Shown here in pieces: positions 18,121 through 26,631 of a stretch of DNA of 64,000 nucleotides. The first letter of the stretch is position 1, and each line of letters starts with the position of its first letter. The notes under the pieces were generated by a model. The model searched no databases and was not told where the DNA came from. It saw only the letters and a program-made list of their open reading frames with translations. The stretch comes from an uncultured bacterium. GTDB lineage: Bacteria; Verrucomicrobiota; Verrucomicrobiia; Limisphaerales; J093. The stretch lies in assembly GCA_963735925.1 (NCBI GenBank), contig CAVTMT010000009.1, positions 100,696 through 164,695 of the forward strand. Reading direction: 5' to 3'. The position numbers and the translations under genes were made by a program.

Positions 18121-19026
18121 TCAGACACTCGCAGTCCCAGGGAATTCTGGATGGTTCAGTTGATTCTCGTGCTTGTGGACCTCGACAATGCAGTGCTCGG
18201 CTTTAAGCTCTCTGCCTTCCATCCACTGTCGAGTCCGCAACGTGACGTGCAGAATATCGCCCTTGCGGAAGGCTTCCGAGCCAGTGTTCACTTTCGCCAG
18301 GAACGCTTGGTCTTCGATACCTACCCAGAACGGACCAGTGCCGCCACTGACTTTCCACTTGTTTCCTTCGGAGAATGAGGGCGAAAGGAGTACCAGAATG
18401 GAATTCGGGTTTTCATGAACCTGCTCATTCTCGTTCCCTTCAGGAGCTTTGAAGTATGGCGCTTCCTCTTTGGTCACTTCGAGCACTCGTTTACCGTCCC
18501 TTTTCAGTTCCAACCGTTCGATTCCCTCGCGCTCCAGCGGACGAATGATCTGCTCAACGGATCTTCGCACGCCCGGATGACTAAACAAAGCCCACAACCC
18601 ATTTGGCACATCCGAAGGATCCTCCCCTTCGAATTGAATCCGTACCTTCTCTGAGCGCTCGATTTCCAGCACCTTTGGTTTCCGCGCCCTAGCGCGTTTG
18701 ATGAATTGGAGCAAGCCCCCCACTCCCGAAATGCCCAGCAAGGTGAACAATGCGTTCCATGCTTGGACATGACCGCCACTGAAGAGACCGACGAACTTGT
18801 CGTAAGCTTGCGCCAGTTCCAAGGTCACGTCGAACGAGCCTTTCCTGAAAGTCGGGCGCACCCTGATGGTAACTGCCGGAGCTTCAGGAAAGAGCACCTT
18901 ACCACCGAAATCGACCAAGTCAGCGAAGGCGATCAGCGCGGGTGCGAGGTCTCTGGCATCTATGGATCCGACGTCCAAGTCCTTTCCGTCGTAGATAAGA
19001 CTAAAAGCGAATTCGTCGTTGGCCAT
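18121..19026 (-). CDS. Hypothetical protein (301 aa), no family recognised, in low-GC island
   Basis: A long ORF with ordinary globular composition (MANDEFAFSLIYDGKDLDVGSIDARDLAPALIAFADLV...). The local GC is about 50%, against about 65% in the flanks. Confidence 0.6.
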   Translation of the reverse strand: MANDEFAFSLIYDGKDLDVGSIDARDLAPALIAFADLVDFGGKVLFPEAPAVTIRVRPTFRKGSFDVTLELAQAYDKFVGLFSGGHVQAWNALFTLLGISGVGGLLQFIKRARARKPKVLEIERSEKVRIQFEGEDPSDVPNGLWALFSHPGVRRSVEQIIRPLEREGIERLELKRDGKRVLEVTKEEAPYFKAPEGNENEQVHENPNSILVLLSPSFSEGNKWKVSGGTGPFWVGIEDQAFLAKVNTGSEAFRKGDILHVTLRTRQWMEGRELKAEHCIVEVHKHENQLNHPEFPGTASV

Positions 19027-19073
19027 TTCTTACCTTTCGCTTGCGACTGTTTGTTACCGAACCTCGTCGGACT

Positions 19074-19901
19074 CTACGCGAGGCCGTTGAGGTGCTTGAT
19101 CGACCGTTCCGCCTGCTCGATGGTGCCGCATTCGACGGACAGGACGATGTCGCGCGGGCAGTCTTCCCTTACGATCTCGATGACCTTTTTCCAATCCACG
19201 ACGCCATCGCCGCAGGCGCAGCCCACGGGCGTGCCGGTCACCTTGCCACGTTCGGCGGAGGCGTGCTCGACCGAGATGTCCTTGGCGTGGAGGTGGACCA
19301 GGCGCTTGACCACGCGCTTGAGCCACTTGATCGGATCGTGGCCGCAGAGGAAGGCGTTGCCGGTGTCGTAGTTGATGCCCACCGCCTGGCTTTTCACGAG
19401 CTTGTAGATGCGGTCCAGGCCTTCGGGCGTCTTGCTGTACTGCTGGTGGCATTCGAGGCCGAGCAGGATGCCGCGCGGTTCGGCGACCTTGGACGCCTCC
19501 ATGATCGTGTAACGCATCAGAGTGAAATCCTCGTCCTCGGTCGTCCACGGCTGCTTGGGGCCTTCGTCGGTGTTGACGACCGGAGCGCCGCACTCGGCGG
19601 CGAAGCGGATGGCCTGCTTGAGGTACTCGACGCCGATTTCGGGTTTGGTCAGCGGTGTGTGGGCGGACAGGCCGGACAGCTTGATGCCGGCCTGCTCGCA
19701 GGCGCGTTTGAGGCGGAGCGGGTCGTCGAGCATCGAGACGCTGTGGAAGTAACCGGCCTCGCTGAGGAGTTCGCGGCCCCAGTGGACCATCGGCTCGACG
19801 TGAGTGTAGCCGAGTTCGGCGGCCTTCTGGACGCCCCACTCGAAGTTTTTATCCGCGTGGCGGACGAATTCCATGTTAACGCCGAAATAGACTTTGCCCA
19901 T
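19074..19901 (-). CDS. Sugar phosphate isomerase/epimerase (xylose-isomerase-like TIM barrel)
   Basis: A 275-aa ORF: MGKVYFGVNMEFVRHADKNFEWGVQKAAELGYTHVEPMVHWG...LHAKDISVEH. Confidence 0.8.
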   Translation of the reverse strand: MGKVYFGVNMEFVRHADKNFEWGVQKAAELGYTHVEPMVHWGRELLSEAGYFHSVSMLDDPLRLKRACEQAGIKLSGLSAHTPLTKPEIGVEYLKQAIRFAAECGAPVVNTDEGPKQPWTTEDEDFTLMRYTIMEASKVAEPRGILLGLECHQQYSKTPEGLDRIYKLVKSQAVGINYDTGNAFLCGHDPIKWLKRVVKRLVHLHAKDISVEHASAERGKVTGTPVGCACGDGVVDWKKVIEIVREDCPRDIVLSVECGTIEQAERSIKHLNGLA

Positions 19902-20216
19902 AGGTGGTTAGGTTTGAGTTTTGCGTGCTTGAGAAGAAGCAACCGCAGCGCGGCAGCGAAAGCAATTCAGAAACCCTCGAAACCGCGAATGAACGCGGCT
20001 GGACGCGGATGAAACCGGTCCGGATCGCGTCACTGAAAAGGGGAGCGCGACCGTCGCGGTCGCGGGCATCGGCGTCCCGCCGATGGCTCGGGGGGCATCG
20101 GGGTGGCGCAAAGTACAGCACCACGGGCGGCGGCGGATCGGGTCGGCGCGATGCCGACCCGGTCGCGCGGGAAGCACGCACTCCCCGAACACAGCGCTCT
20201 TCTCCACCCAACGCCA

Positions 20217-21504
20217 TCAGATGACGATGTCCAGTTTGTCGGCGTCGAACGTGGCGACCTTTTTGTTCAGGAATGCGAGCATGGACATGTTCATCGCCGC
20301 CTGCACATACAGGCCGAACTCGACGTCGCTGACCGGCTTCTCCCGGGTGCGCACGCAATGCAGGAAGTTCTGCCAGTGCAGCAGCGTGGTGTTCGGCTTG
20401 CTGCCCGGAATGACCGTCTTTTCGCCTTTGCGCGGGATGAAGGTGACGCTGTCGAACCCACCCTCGAAGGCCGGACCTTGCATCGTGATGGTGCCTTCGT
20501 CGCCGCGAATCGCCGGGTCGGTGGGGAACTCGTTGGCGAGCGTGCAGACCAGAACGATCGAGAGCTTCTGCGGGTAATCGACGCACATGTTGAACGTATC
20601 CGGCACCTCGCGATCGTAGGTGTCGTACTTGAAGATGCCGCCGGAGGCGACCGCCAGCGACGGGAACTTCAGGCCCAGCAGGCTGATGAAGGGCGTGAGC
20701 ACGTGCGGGAACAGGTCGGTGCACGGGCCGCCGGCGTAGTCGAGGTATTTCCGCCAACTGAAGAACCGGTCCACCGTAAACGGCACCTTGGGCGCGTCGC
20801 CCGAGGAAGCCTTCCCAGTCGCAGTCCGGACCAGGCTTCGCGTTCGGGTCGGCGATCGGCATGCGCTCGCCCCAATCGCCGTAGCGATAATACCCGGCCT
20901 CGACGTGTTGCGGCCGGCCGATGGCGCCTTTCTGGATCAGGTCGCGCACCTGCTTCCAGGCGACGTTCGAGTTGCCCTGATTGCCGACCTGGACGACGCG
21001 CTTGAGCTTCACGGTCTCCTGGTAAAACTGCCGGCTGAGCGCGAACTGGCTCCAGTGGCCCATCGGCTTCTCGCAATAAACGTCCTTGCCGGCGCGAATG
21101 GCATCGATCGCCTGCGGGACGTGCAGCCGGTCCGGCGTGGCGATGAGGACCACGTCGATGGCGGGGTCCGCGAGGAGTTCGTGATAGTCCGCGTAGGCCT
21201 TGGCCTTGGCGTGCTCGGCGGCGGCGCGCTTGCGCGGGCCGTAGGTGTCGCTGAGGCCGACCACCTCGAGCGGCTCGCCCTGGTTGATCATGCCCAGGAC
21301 GACGTCGAGGTGGTAGCGGCCACGGCCGCCGACGCCGATGAAGCCGACGCCGAGCCGTTCGTTCGCGCCCAACACGGAGCGGCTGGCGACGAACGGCGCG
21401 GCGACGAGGCCCAGCGCGGCGGCGCTGGAGGTGGTTTGGAGGAACTGGCGGCGGCTCACGGGAGAGCCTGCGCCACTGCCGGAATGGGAGTTCTCGGAGT
21501 TCAT
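20217..21504 (-). pseudogene. Gfo/Idh/MocA-family oxidoreductase with TAT signal, frameshifted near 20801-20803
   Basis: It has a TAT signal (SRRQFLQTTSSAAALGLVAAPFVA) and a Rossmann motif (LGVGFIGVGGRGRYH). The N-terminal part ends ...DWEGFLG. The C-terminal part continues in the ORF 20217..20786 (..APKVPFTVDRFFSWRKYLDYAGG..). One extra G in a GGG run restores the frame if removed. Confidence 0.8.
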
Positions 21505-21616
21505 GGTGTGTGCGAGTCCAAGCCCGCGGCGCCGGGTTGTACTTGATGTTCGTCAAGCTCCCGGCACTTCCGGCGGCTTCAATCCGCCCGCCTGCGGCCC
21601 GGCTTCCCGCCGCGGC

Positions 21617-22390
21617 TCACTGCCCGCCAACGTCCGGCTTCAGCCACGGCGTGCCGGACCAGAACCATTTCCGCGGCTGGAGACTCTCGACGTGGCCGTC
21701 CACGAAGGCGATGGCACTGCGACCGCCATGCCGCGGGTGCGGCCCGCCCCAGTTCGGGTCGTCGGATGTAACCCCGCCGGTGTTGGGCGCGTCGTTGCCG
21801 GGGTCATGCACGATCCAGCACCCGGGTTTCTCGGGCGAGGTGTCGGTCACGCACTTGAGCGGGTCGGTGGTCCTCAACGGCTTGGTGCCGGCGTCGGTCA
21901 GATAGACCGTCGCGGTGGGCACGCGCACGGCGGCGTCGCGCACCGGCGGCCAGTCCTTCACGTCCCAGACGTTGGGCCAGTCGCAACCGCCGAGGCGGAA
22001 GTTCATGCCGTAATTGGAGATCGCCTTGTCGCCGGTGTCGCTCGGGTAGTTCTGGAGGAACTCCTTGAATTTGCGGCTGCGTACCGGGCAGAGGAGCAGG
22101 TTGGTCGCCTGCTGATAAGGTTGCAGGAAGTTGAACCAGGCCCGGCGCGTGACGTTGTTGCCGCGCACCTGGAACGTGAACGGGTAGCGCGCGTCGAAAT
22201 CGTCGCCGTACAGTTTCGTGGCGAGGGTCATCTGGCGGAGGTTGTTGACGCAGGCCGTGGCCTGGGCCTTTTGCTTGGCCTTGGCCAGGGCGGGCAACAA
22301 CATGCCGGCGAGGATGGCGATGATCGCGATGACCACGAGGAGCTCGATGAGCGTGAAACCCGCGAGCCCGGGTCGGTTGGGTGATTGCAT
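21617..22390 (-). CDS. DUF1559 / prepilin-type N-terminal cleavage-methylation protein (H-X9-DG)
   Basis: It has the N-terminus [29 protein letters not shown] and the C-terminus [17 protein letters not shown]. Confidence 0.85.
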   Translation of the reverse strand: MQSPNRPGLAGFTLIELLVVIAIIAILAGMLLPALAKAKQKAQATACVNNLRQMTLATKLYGDDFDARYPFTFQVRGNNVTRRAWFNFLQPYQQATNLLLCPVRSRKFKEFLQNYPSDTGDKAISNYGMNFRLGGCDWPNVWDVKDWPPVRDAAVRVPTATVYLTDAGTKPLRTTDPLKCVTDTSPEKPGCWIVHDPGNDAPNTGGVTSDDPNWGGPHPRHGGRSAIAFVDGHVESLQPRKWFWSGTPWLKPDVGGQ

Positions 22391-22520
22391 GACCGACTTC
22401 TTACTCGCTTATGTCCATCGCGCAAGTCCGCGCGTGCCTCCGTCTTGACCGCCCCCCCAAGCGGCGCAAAACATCCTAAGAAATTCCCGGCTGAGACGTT
22501 GAACAGGTGAACGGCGCAAC

Positions 22521-23093
22521 ATGCAGGAAACCGACCAGACGACCGGCAACGACGTTGCCACCGCGGAGGGCGATTGGGTCCGGGAGGCCTTTCGCCGGCA
22601 CCAGGGCGCGTTGGTGGGCTACGTCCACCAGATCCTGGGCGAACTCGAGCCGGCGCGCGACGTGGTGCAGGAGGCGTTCCTGCGGTTGTGCCGCGAAGAC
22701 GATTCCGGCCTACGCGACCGCGTCGCGCCGTGGTTGTACACAGTGTGCCGGCGACGGGCCCTGGACCTCCTGCGAAAGGAGCGTCGTATGCAACCGATCA
22801 ACGAAACCCAGACGGAGCAGTGGGCCAGCCGCGAGCCGACGCCGGCGGACGCGGCCGAGACGAACGACCAGACCGGCCGCGCCTTGCGATTCCTGCAACG
22901 CCTGCCGGAAAACCAACGCGAAGTGGTGGTGCTCAAATTCCAGCACGCGCTCAGCTACCAGGAAATCAGCGGCGTCACCGGCCTGTCGGTCAGCAACGTC
23001 GGCTTCCTGATCCACACCGCTTTGAAGACCCTGCGCCGCTGGCTGAACGTGGAACCCGCGCCCGCGGCCCAACCCGAACGGAGGTCGCCATGA
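22521..23093 (+). CDS. ECF-type RNA polymerase sigma-70 family factor
   Basis: It has region 2 (PWLYTVCRRRALDLLRKE) and a region 4 HTH (LSYQEISGVTGLSVSNVGFLIHTALKTLRRWL). Confidence 0.85.
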   Translation: MQETDQTTGNDVATAEGDWVREAFRRHQGALVGYVHQILGELEPARDVVQEAFLRLCREDDSGLRDRVAPWLYTVCRRRALDLLRKERRMQPINETQTEQWASREPTPADAAETNDQTGRALRFLQRLPENQREVVVLKFQHALSYQEISGVTGLSVSNVGFLIHTALKTLRRWLNVEPAPAAQPERRSP

Positions 23094-25336
23094 AGCTTAC
23101 CCCCGACGATCCCAAACTCACCGCGTACGTGCTCGAGGAACTGGACCCCGCCGAACAGGCGGCCGTGGGTGCCGCAATCCAGGATTCGGCCCCGCTGCAC
23201 GAGGAAGCGACACAGATTTACGCCACCGCACGCTGGCTGGTGGACGGGCTGCAGGGAGCCCCCGAGTCTGGCTTGGATGCCGACCGCGAAGCGCTCGTCG
23301 CCGAGGCGATCAACCAGCGAGCGGCCGCGGGCGGCGAAGTCTTCCCGGCGGCGGGTGAAACCGAAACCGCGCCAAACGTGCTGCCGTTCGCTGCCTGGGT
23401 ACGGCGCTGGGGCCCGGCCGTGATCGCCCTGGCGGCCTGCCTGGTCCTGGGCTTTCTGAGCTGGCAGCGCTGGGGGAAGCCCCAATTGCATTCGCTGGTG
23501 GCCATGACCGAAAAGCCGGAACCGCCCGCGTCCACGAGTCTGCCGCCGGCGTCGCCGTCGGTCGATCCCGCCGCGGGCGGTCCGGCGGACCAAAGTCACC
23601 AACCGTCGCCTCGCGGTTCCGTTGCGGAACCCAATACGGGGATTCCGGCAGAGTCTTCGCCACCCGCCACGAATCCGCCGAAACCGTTGAACATGGACAT
23701 CCGGATGATGATCCGGTACGGGCTGGTGCCGAAAGGGTTCAAACTCGACCCGAATTCCGTTCCGGCGCAGCCGCCGCCCGCGACGACGCCCCCGCAAGCA
23801 CCGCCCGCCTACGATCCGAGCACACGGCTGTGGCGTTACCGGGCCGGCGATCCGGCAAACGACACGTCGGCATTGCGCTACCGGCACCTGCCGCCGCCGC
23901 GCCCTCCCGGCACGGAATCCTACGCGCCGATCCGCGAGAACGGCTTTCTCGATCCGCTGAACGACCCGCTCTCGACCTTCGGGCTGGACGTGGACACCGC
24001 GTCCTATGCGCTGGTCCGGCGCTTCTTGAACGAGGGTCGCTGGCCGCCGCGGGACGCGGTGCGGATCGAGGAAATGATCAATTACTTCGCCTACAATTAC
24101 GCCGCGCCGCGGGATGACACGCCGGTCGCCGTGAACTTCGAGGTCGCCGGCTGCCCGTGGAACGTCGGGCATCGCCTGGTGCGGATCGGCGTCAAGGCGC
24201 GCGAACTCGCCCGGGCCGACCAGCCGCCGTGTAATCTGGTCTTCCTCGTGGACGTGTCGGGCTCGATGGCGTCGGCCAACAAACTGCCATTGCTCAAGCA
24301 GGGCTTGCGAATGCTCGTCGAACGTCTGCGACCGCAGGACACCGTGGCCATCGTCGTGTACGCGGACAATTCGCGCGTCGTGCTGGGGCCCATGCACGGC
24401 GACCAGAAGGCGTGGATCCTGCGCGCGCTCGATCGGCTGCAGGCCAGCGGCTCGACCAACGGCGGCGCCGGCATTCAGACCGCTTACGAAGAGGCGCGCG
24501 TGAACTTCAATTCCGAAGGCGTCAACCGCGTCATCCTCTGCACCGACGGCGATTTCAACGTCGGCCTCACCGACCCGCTGGCGCTACAGCGGCTGATCCA
24601 AAGCCAGGCGGCTTCCGGCGTGTACCTGTCCGTGCTGGGCTTCGGCGTGGGCAACTACAAGGATTCAACGATGGAGCGGCTGGCTGATTCCGGCAACGGC
24701 AACTACGCCTATGTGGACACCCTGGCCGAGGCGCACAAGGTGTTGATCGAGCAGATGAGCGGCACACTGGTGACGGTGGCGAAGGACGTGAAGGCGCAGG
24801 TCGAGTTCAACCCCGCCACCGTTCGCGAGTATCGCCTGATCAGCTACGAGGACCGCGCGCTCCAGCCGCAGGATTTCAACAATGACCGCAAGGACGCCGG
24901 CGATCTCGGTGCCGGCCACACGGTGACGATGCTTTACGAAATCGCCCCGAACGGCGACCGGTCCGGCGCTTCCGACGTGGACCCGCTCAAGTACCAACCT
25001 TCCCCGCAGCCACCGCGGCCGGACGTGGCCAACGACGAATTGCTCACGGTGAAGCTCCGCTACAAAGAACCGGATGGCGCGACGAGCCGGTTGCTCGAGT
25101 TTCCGCTCAAGGACAGCGGTCGGACTTATGCGCAGGCCTCGGCCGATTTCAAATTCGCCTCGGCGGTGGCGGCTTTCGGCATGATCCTGCGCGGCTCGCC
25201 CTACCAAGGCTCGGCGACGCTGGGCGGCGTGCTCGAACTCGCCGGGGAAGGCATCGGCCCCGATCCGAACGGGTACCGACAAGACTTTCTGGACCTGGTC
25301 CGGCGGGCGGAGAGCCTGAGACCGTTGCGGCCGTAA
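23090..25336 (+). CDS. Anti-sigma-like N-terminus plus TM plus Pro-rich linker plus von Willebrand A domain (YfbK/DUF3520-like)
   Basis: It overlaps the sigma gene by ATGA. It carries LTAYVLEELDPAEQAAV, the VWA MIDAS motif LVFLVDVSGSM, and ILCTDGDFNVG. Confidence 0.8.
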   Translation: MKLTPDDPKLTAYVLEELDPAEQAAVGAAIQDSAPLHEEATQIYATARWLVDGLQGAPESGLDADREALVAEAINQRAAAGGEVFPAAGETETAPNVLPFAAWVRRWGPAVIALAACLVLGFLSWQRWGKPQLHSLVAMTEKPEPPASTSLPPASPSVDPAAGGPADQSHQPSPRGSVAEPNTGIPAESSPPATNPPKPLNMDIRMMIRYGLVPKGFKLDPNSVPAQPPPATTPPQAPPAYDPSTRLWRYRAGDPANDTSALRYRHLPPPRPPGTESYAPIRENGFLDPLNDPLSTFGLDVDTASYALVRRFLNEGRWPPRDAVRIEEMINYFAYNYAAPRDDTPVAVNFEVAGCPWNVGHRLVRIGVKARELARADQPPCNLVFLVDVSGSMASANKLPLLKQGLRMLVERLRPQDTVAIVVYADNSRVVLGPMHGDQKAWILRALDRLQASGSTNGGAGIQTAYEEARVNFNSEGVNRVILCTDGDFNVGLTDPLALQRLIQSQAASGVYLSVLGFGVGNYKDSTMERLADSGNGNYAYVDTLAEAHKVLIEQMSGTLVTVAKDVKAQVEFNPATVREYRLISYEDRALQPQDFNNDRKDAGDLGAGHTVTMLYEIAPNGDRSGASDVDPLKYQPSPQPPRPDVANDELLTVKLRYKEPDGATSRLLEFPLKDSGRTYAQASADFKFASAVAAFGMILRGSPYQGSATLGGVLELAGEGIGPDPNGYRQDFLDLVRRAESLRPLRP

Positions 25337-25402
25337 GATGCCAGCTCCCGGTGGGGCGAGGCTCTGTCGAGCCCGGCGGTTTCAGCCACGGAAACCCCGA
25401 GG

Positions 25403-25503
25403 CACGGAGAGAGAATTTGGAATCCAGAAAGGCAGGAAACCCGGATCGCGACTGAGCCATTCCTGAGTTCCTGCTTTCCAAATCAGACTTCTGTGTCTCC
25501 GTG
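25403..25503. repeat. Long imperfect inverted repeat between convergent genes (bidirectional terminator-like or dispersed element)
   Basis: The arms are CACGGAGAGAGAATTTGGAATCCAGAAAGGCAGGAA and TTCCTGCTTTCCAAATCAGACTTCTGTGTCTCCGTG. They give three helices (8, 8 and 7 bp) around a 29-nt loop. Confidence 0.6.
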
Positions 25504-25555
25504 ACTCGGTGGCAATTCGCCGTTTTCTGAGTTTCTGAGTTTCGGCTGGAGGTGG

Positions 25556-26629
25556 TTACGGCTTCGCCTTCGTTTTCGTTTCCAGTTCTTTCAGCCACTT
25601 CTGGTAGCGGGCTTCGAGGAACTCGCGGGATTTGCGCTCGGGGTAGTCGAGCACGAGATAGTCGAGCGTGAACTTGTCGCCTTTCTTGTACTCGAGCGGT
25701 GCCTGGTCGAGGTTCTGCGTCGCCGACAGGTAGGCGAACGCATCGAGCATGCTGAAGAAGCAACTTTTGCCGGCGTTGTGCGGGCTGGCGAAGATCGCGA
25801 CCGTCACGGGTTGGCCGTCGATCTCGTGCTCCGTGGCGGCCCAGCGCGCGGGGATCACGTCCCCGCGCTGTTCGGCCGAGTACGGGGCGTTCTCCGAATT
25901 CAGGTGTCGGGCCTGGTGGTCGAACTCGCGCACGAACCGCATGCCCAGGCCGTGGTAGTTCGCCCCGGTGAGTTTGACGGCGTCGGCGCCCGGCCCCGCG
26001 GTGAACTCGGCGTGCCACCCCAGCGCCACTTCGCCGGCCGCCTCGTCCGCGACCAGGGTGAGCGTGCGCACCTCCCGCAGGAGCGCCCGTTCGAACCGGT
26101 CCGGGGCCTCGCGGTTGGTGTCCGCCAGCCAGAAGATGCCCTCGGTGAAGACGGCCATCGGATGTCCCTCCGGCGTGCGCGCCACGTACCGCATCGGCAC
26201 CGGCGACACCTGTTCGATGCCCGGATCGGTCGCTTCCTCCCAAAAGTTCCGGCCGTTGACGGTGATGCCGTACATGAGGCCGTGGTGATGGCGATGGTCC
26301 GGCGGCGAATCGAGCAGGAAATTCTCGCCGTGGAGCGTGCGCATTTCCCTCACGTACGGCTTGAACTGCTGGAACGACTGGGCGAACCGCAGCAGGCTGC
26401 GGTCGTGCAGCGCGACCTCGATCTCCGATTTCGACGGCTTCACGATCATCTTGATCGGGGGCAGCGTGAGCACGATGTCCTTCAGGCCATCGTTCGGCGC
26501 GATCGACGCCGGCGGTTCGGCGCCGAGTAGCGCCGCGGCCAGCGACAGGCCGAGGAGGCTGGCGGGCACCCGCGCCGGCAGGTTAGTGTGGCGTCCAGCA
26601 CAGCGAGCAGAAAGGCGATCCGGTTTCAT
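25556..26629 (-). CDS. PmoA-family / DUF6807-like protein
   Basis: It has a signal-like N-terminus and the motif DSPPDHRHHHGLMYGITVNGRNFWEE. The ATG at 26629 is preferred over the track start at 26707. Confidence 0.6.
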   Translation of the reverse strand: MKPDRLSARCAGRHTNLPARVPASLLGLSLAAALLGAEPPASIAPNDGLKDIVLTLPPIKMIVKPSKSEIEVALHDRSLLRFAQSFQQFKPYVREMRTLHGENFLLDSPPDHRHHHGLMYGITVNGRNFWEEATDPGIEQVSPVPMRYVARTPEGHPMAVFTEGIFWLADTNREAPDRFERALLREVRTLTLVADEAAGEVALGWHAEFTAGPGADAVKLTGANYHGLGMRFVREFDHQARHLNSENAPYSAEQRGDVIPARWAATEHEIDGQPVTVAIFASPHNAGKSCFFSMLDAFAYLSATQNLDQAPLEYKKGDKFTLDYLVLDYPERKSREFLEARYQKWLKELETKTKAKP

Positions 26630-26631
26630 AT

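Noticed and set aside
22574-23089. N-terminal extension of the VWA protein (track ORF 22574..25336) overlapping the sigma-factor gene
   Set aside because: The extension is an alternative frame of the ECF sigma gene with Arg/Pro-rich sequence. A clean ATG at 23090 (ATGA coupling) gives a typical anti-sigma N-terminus.
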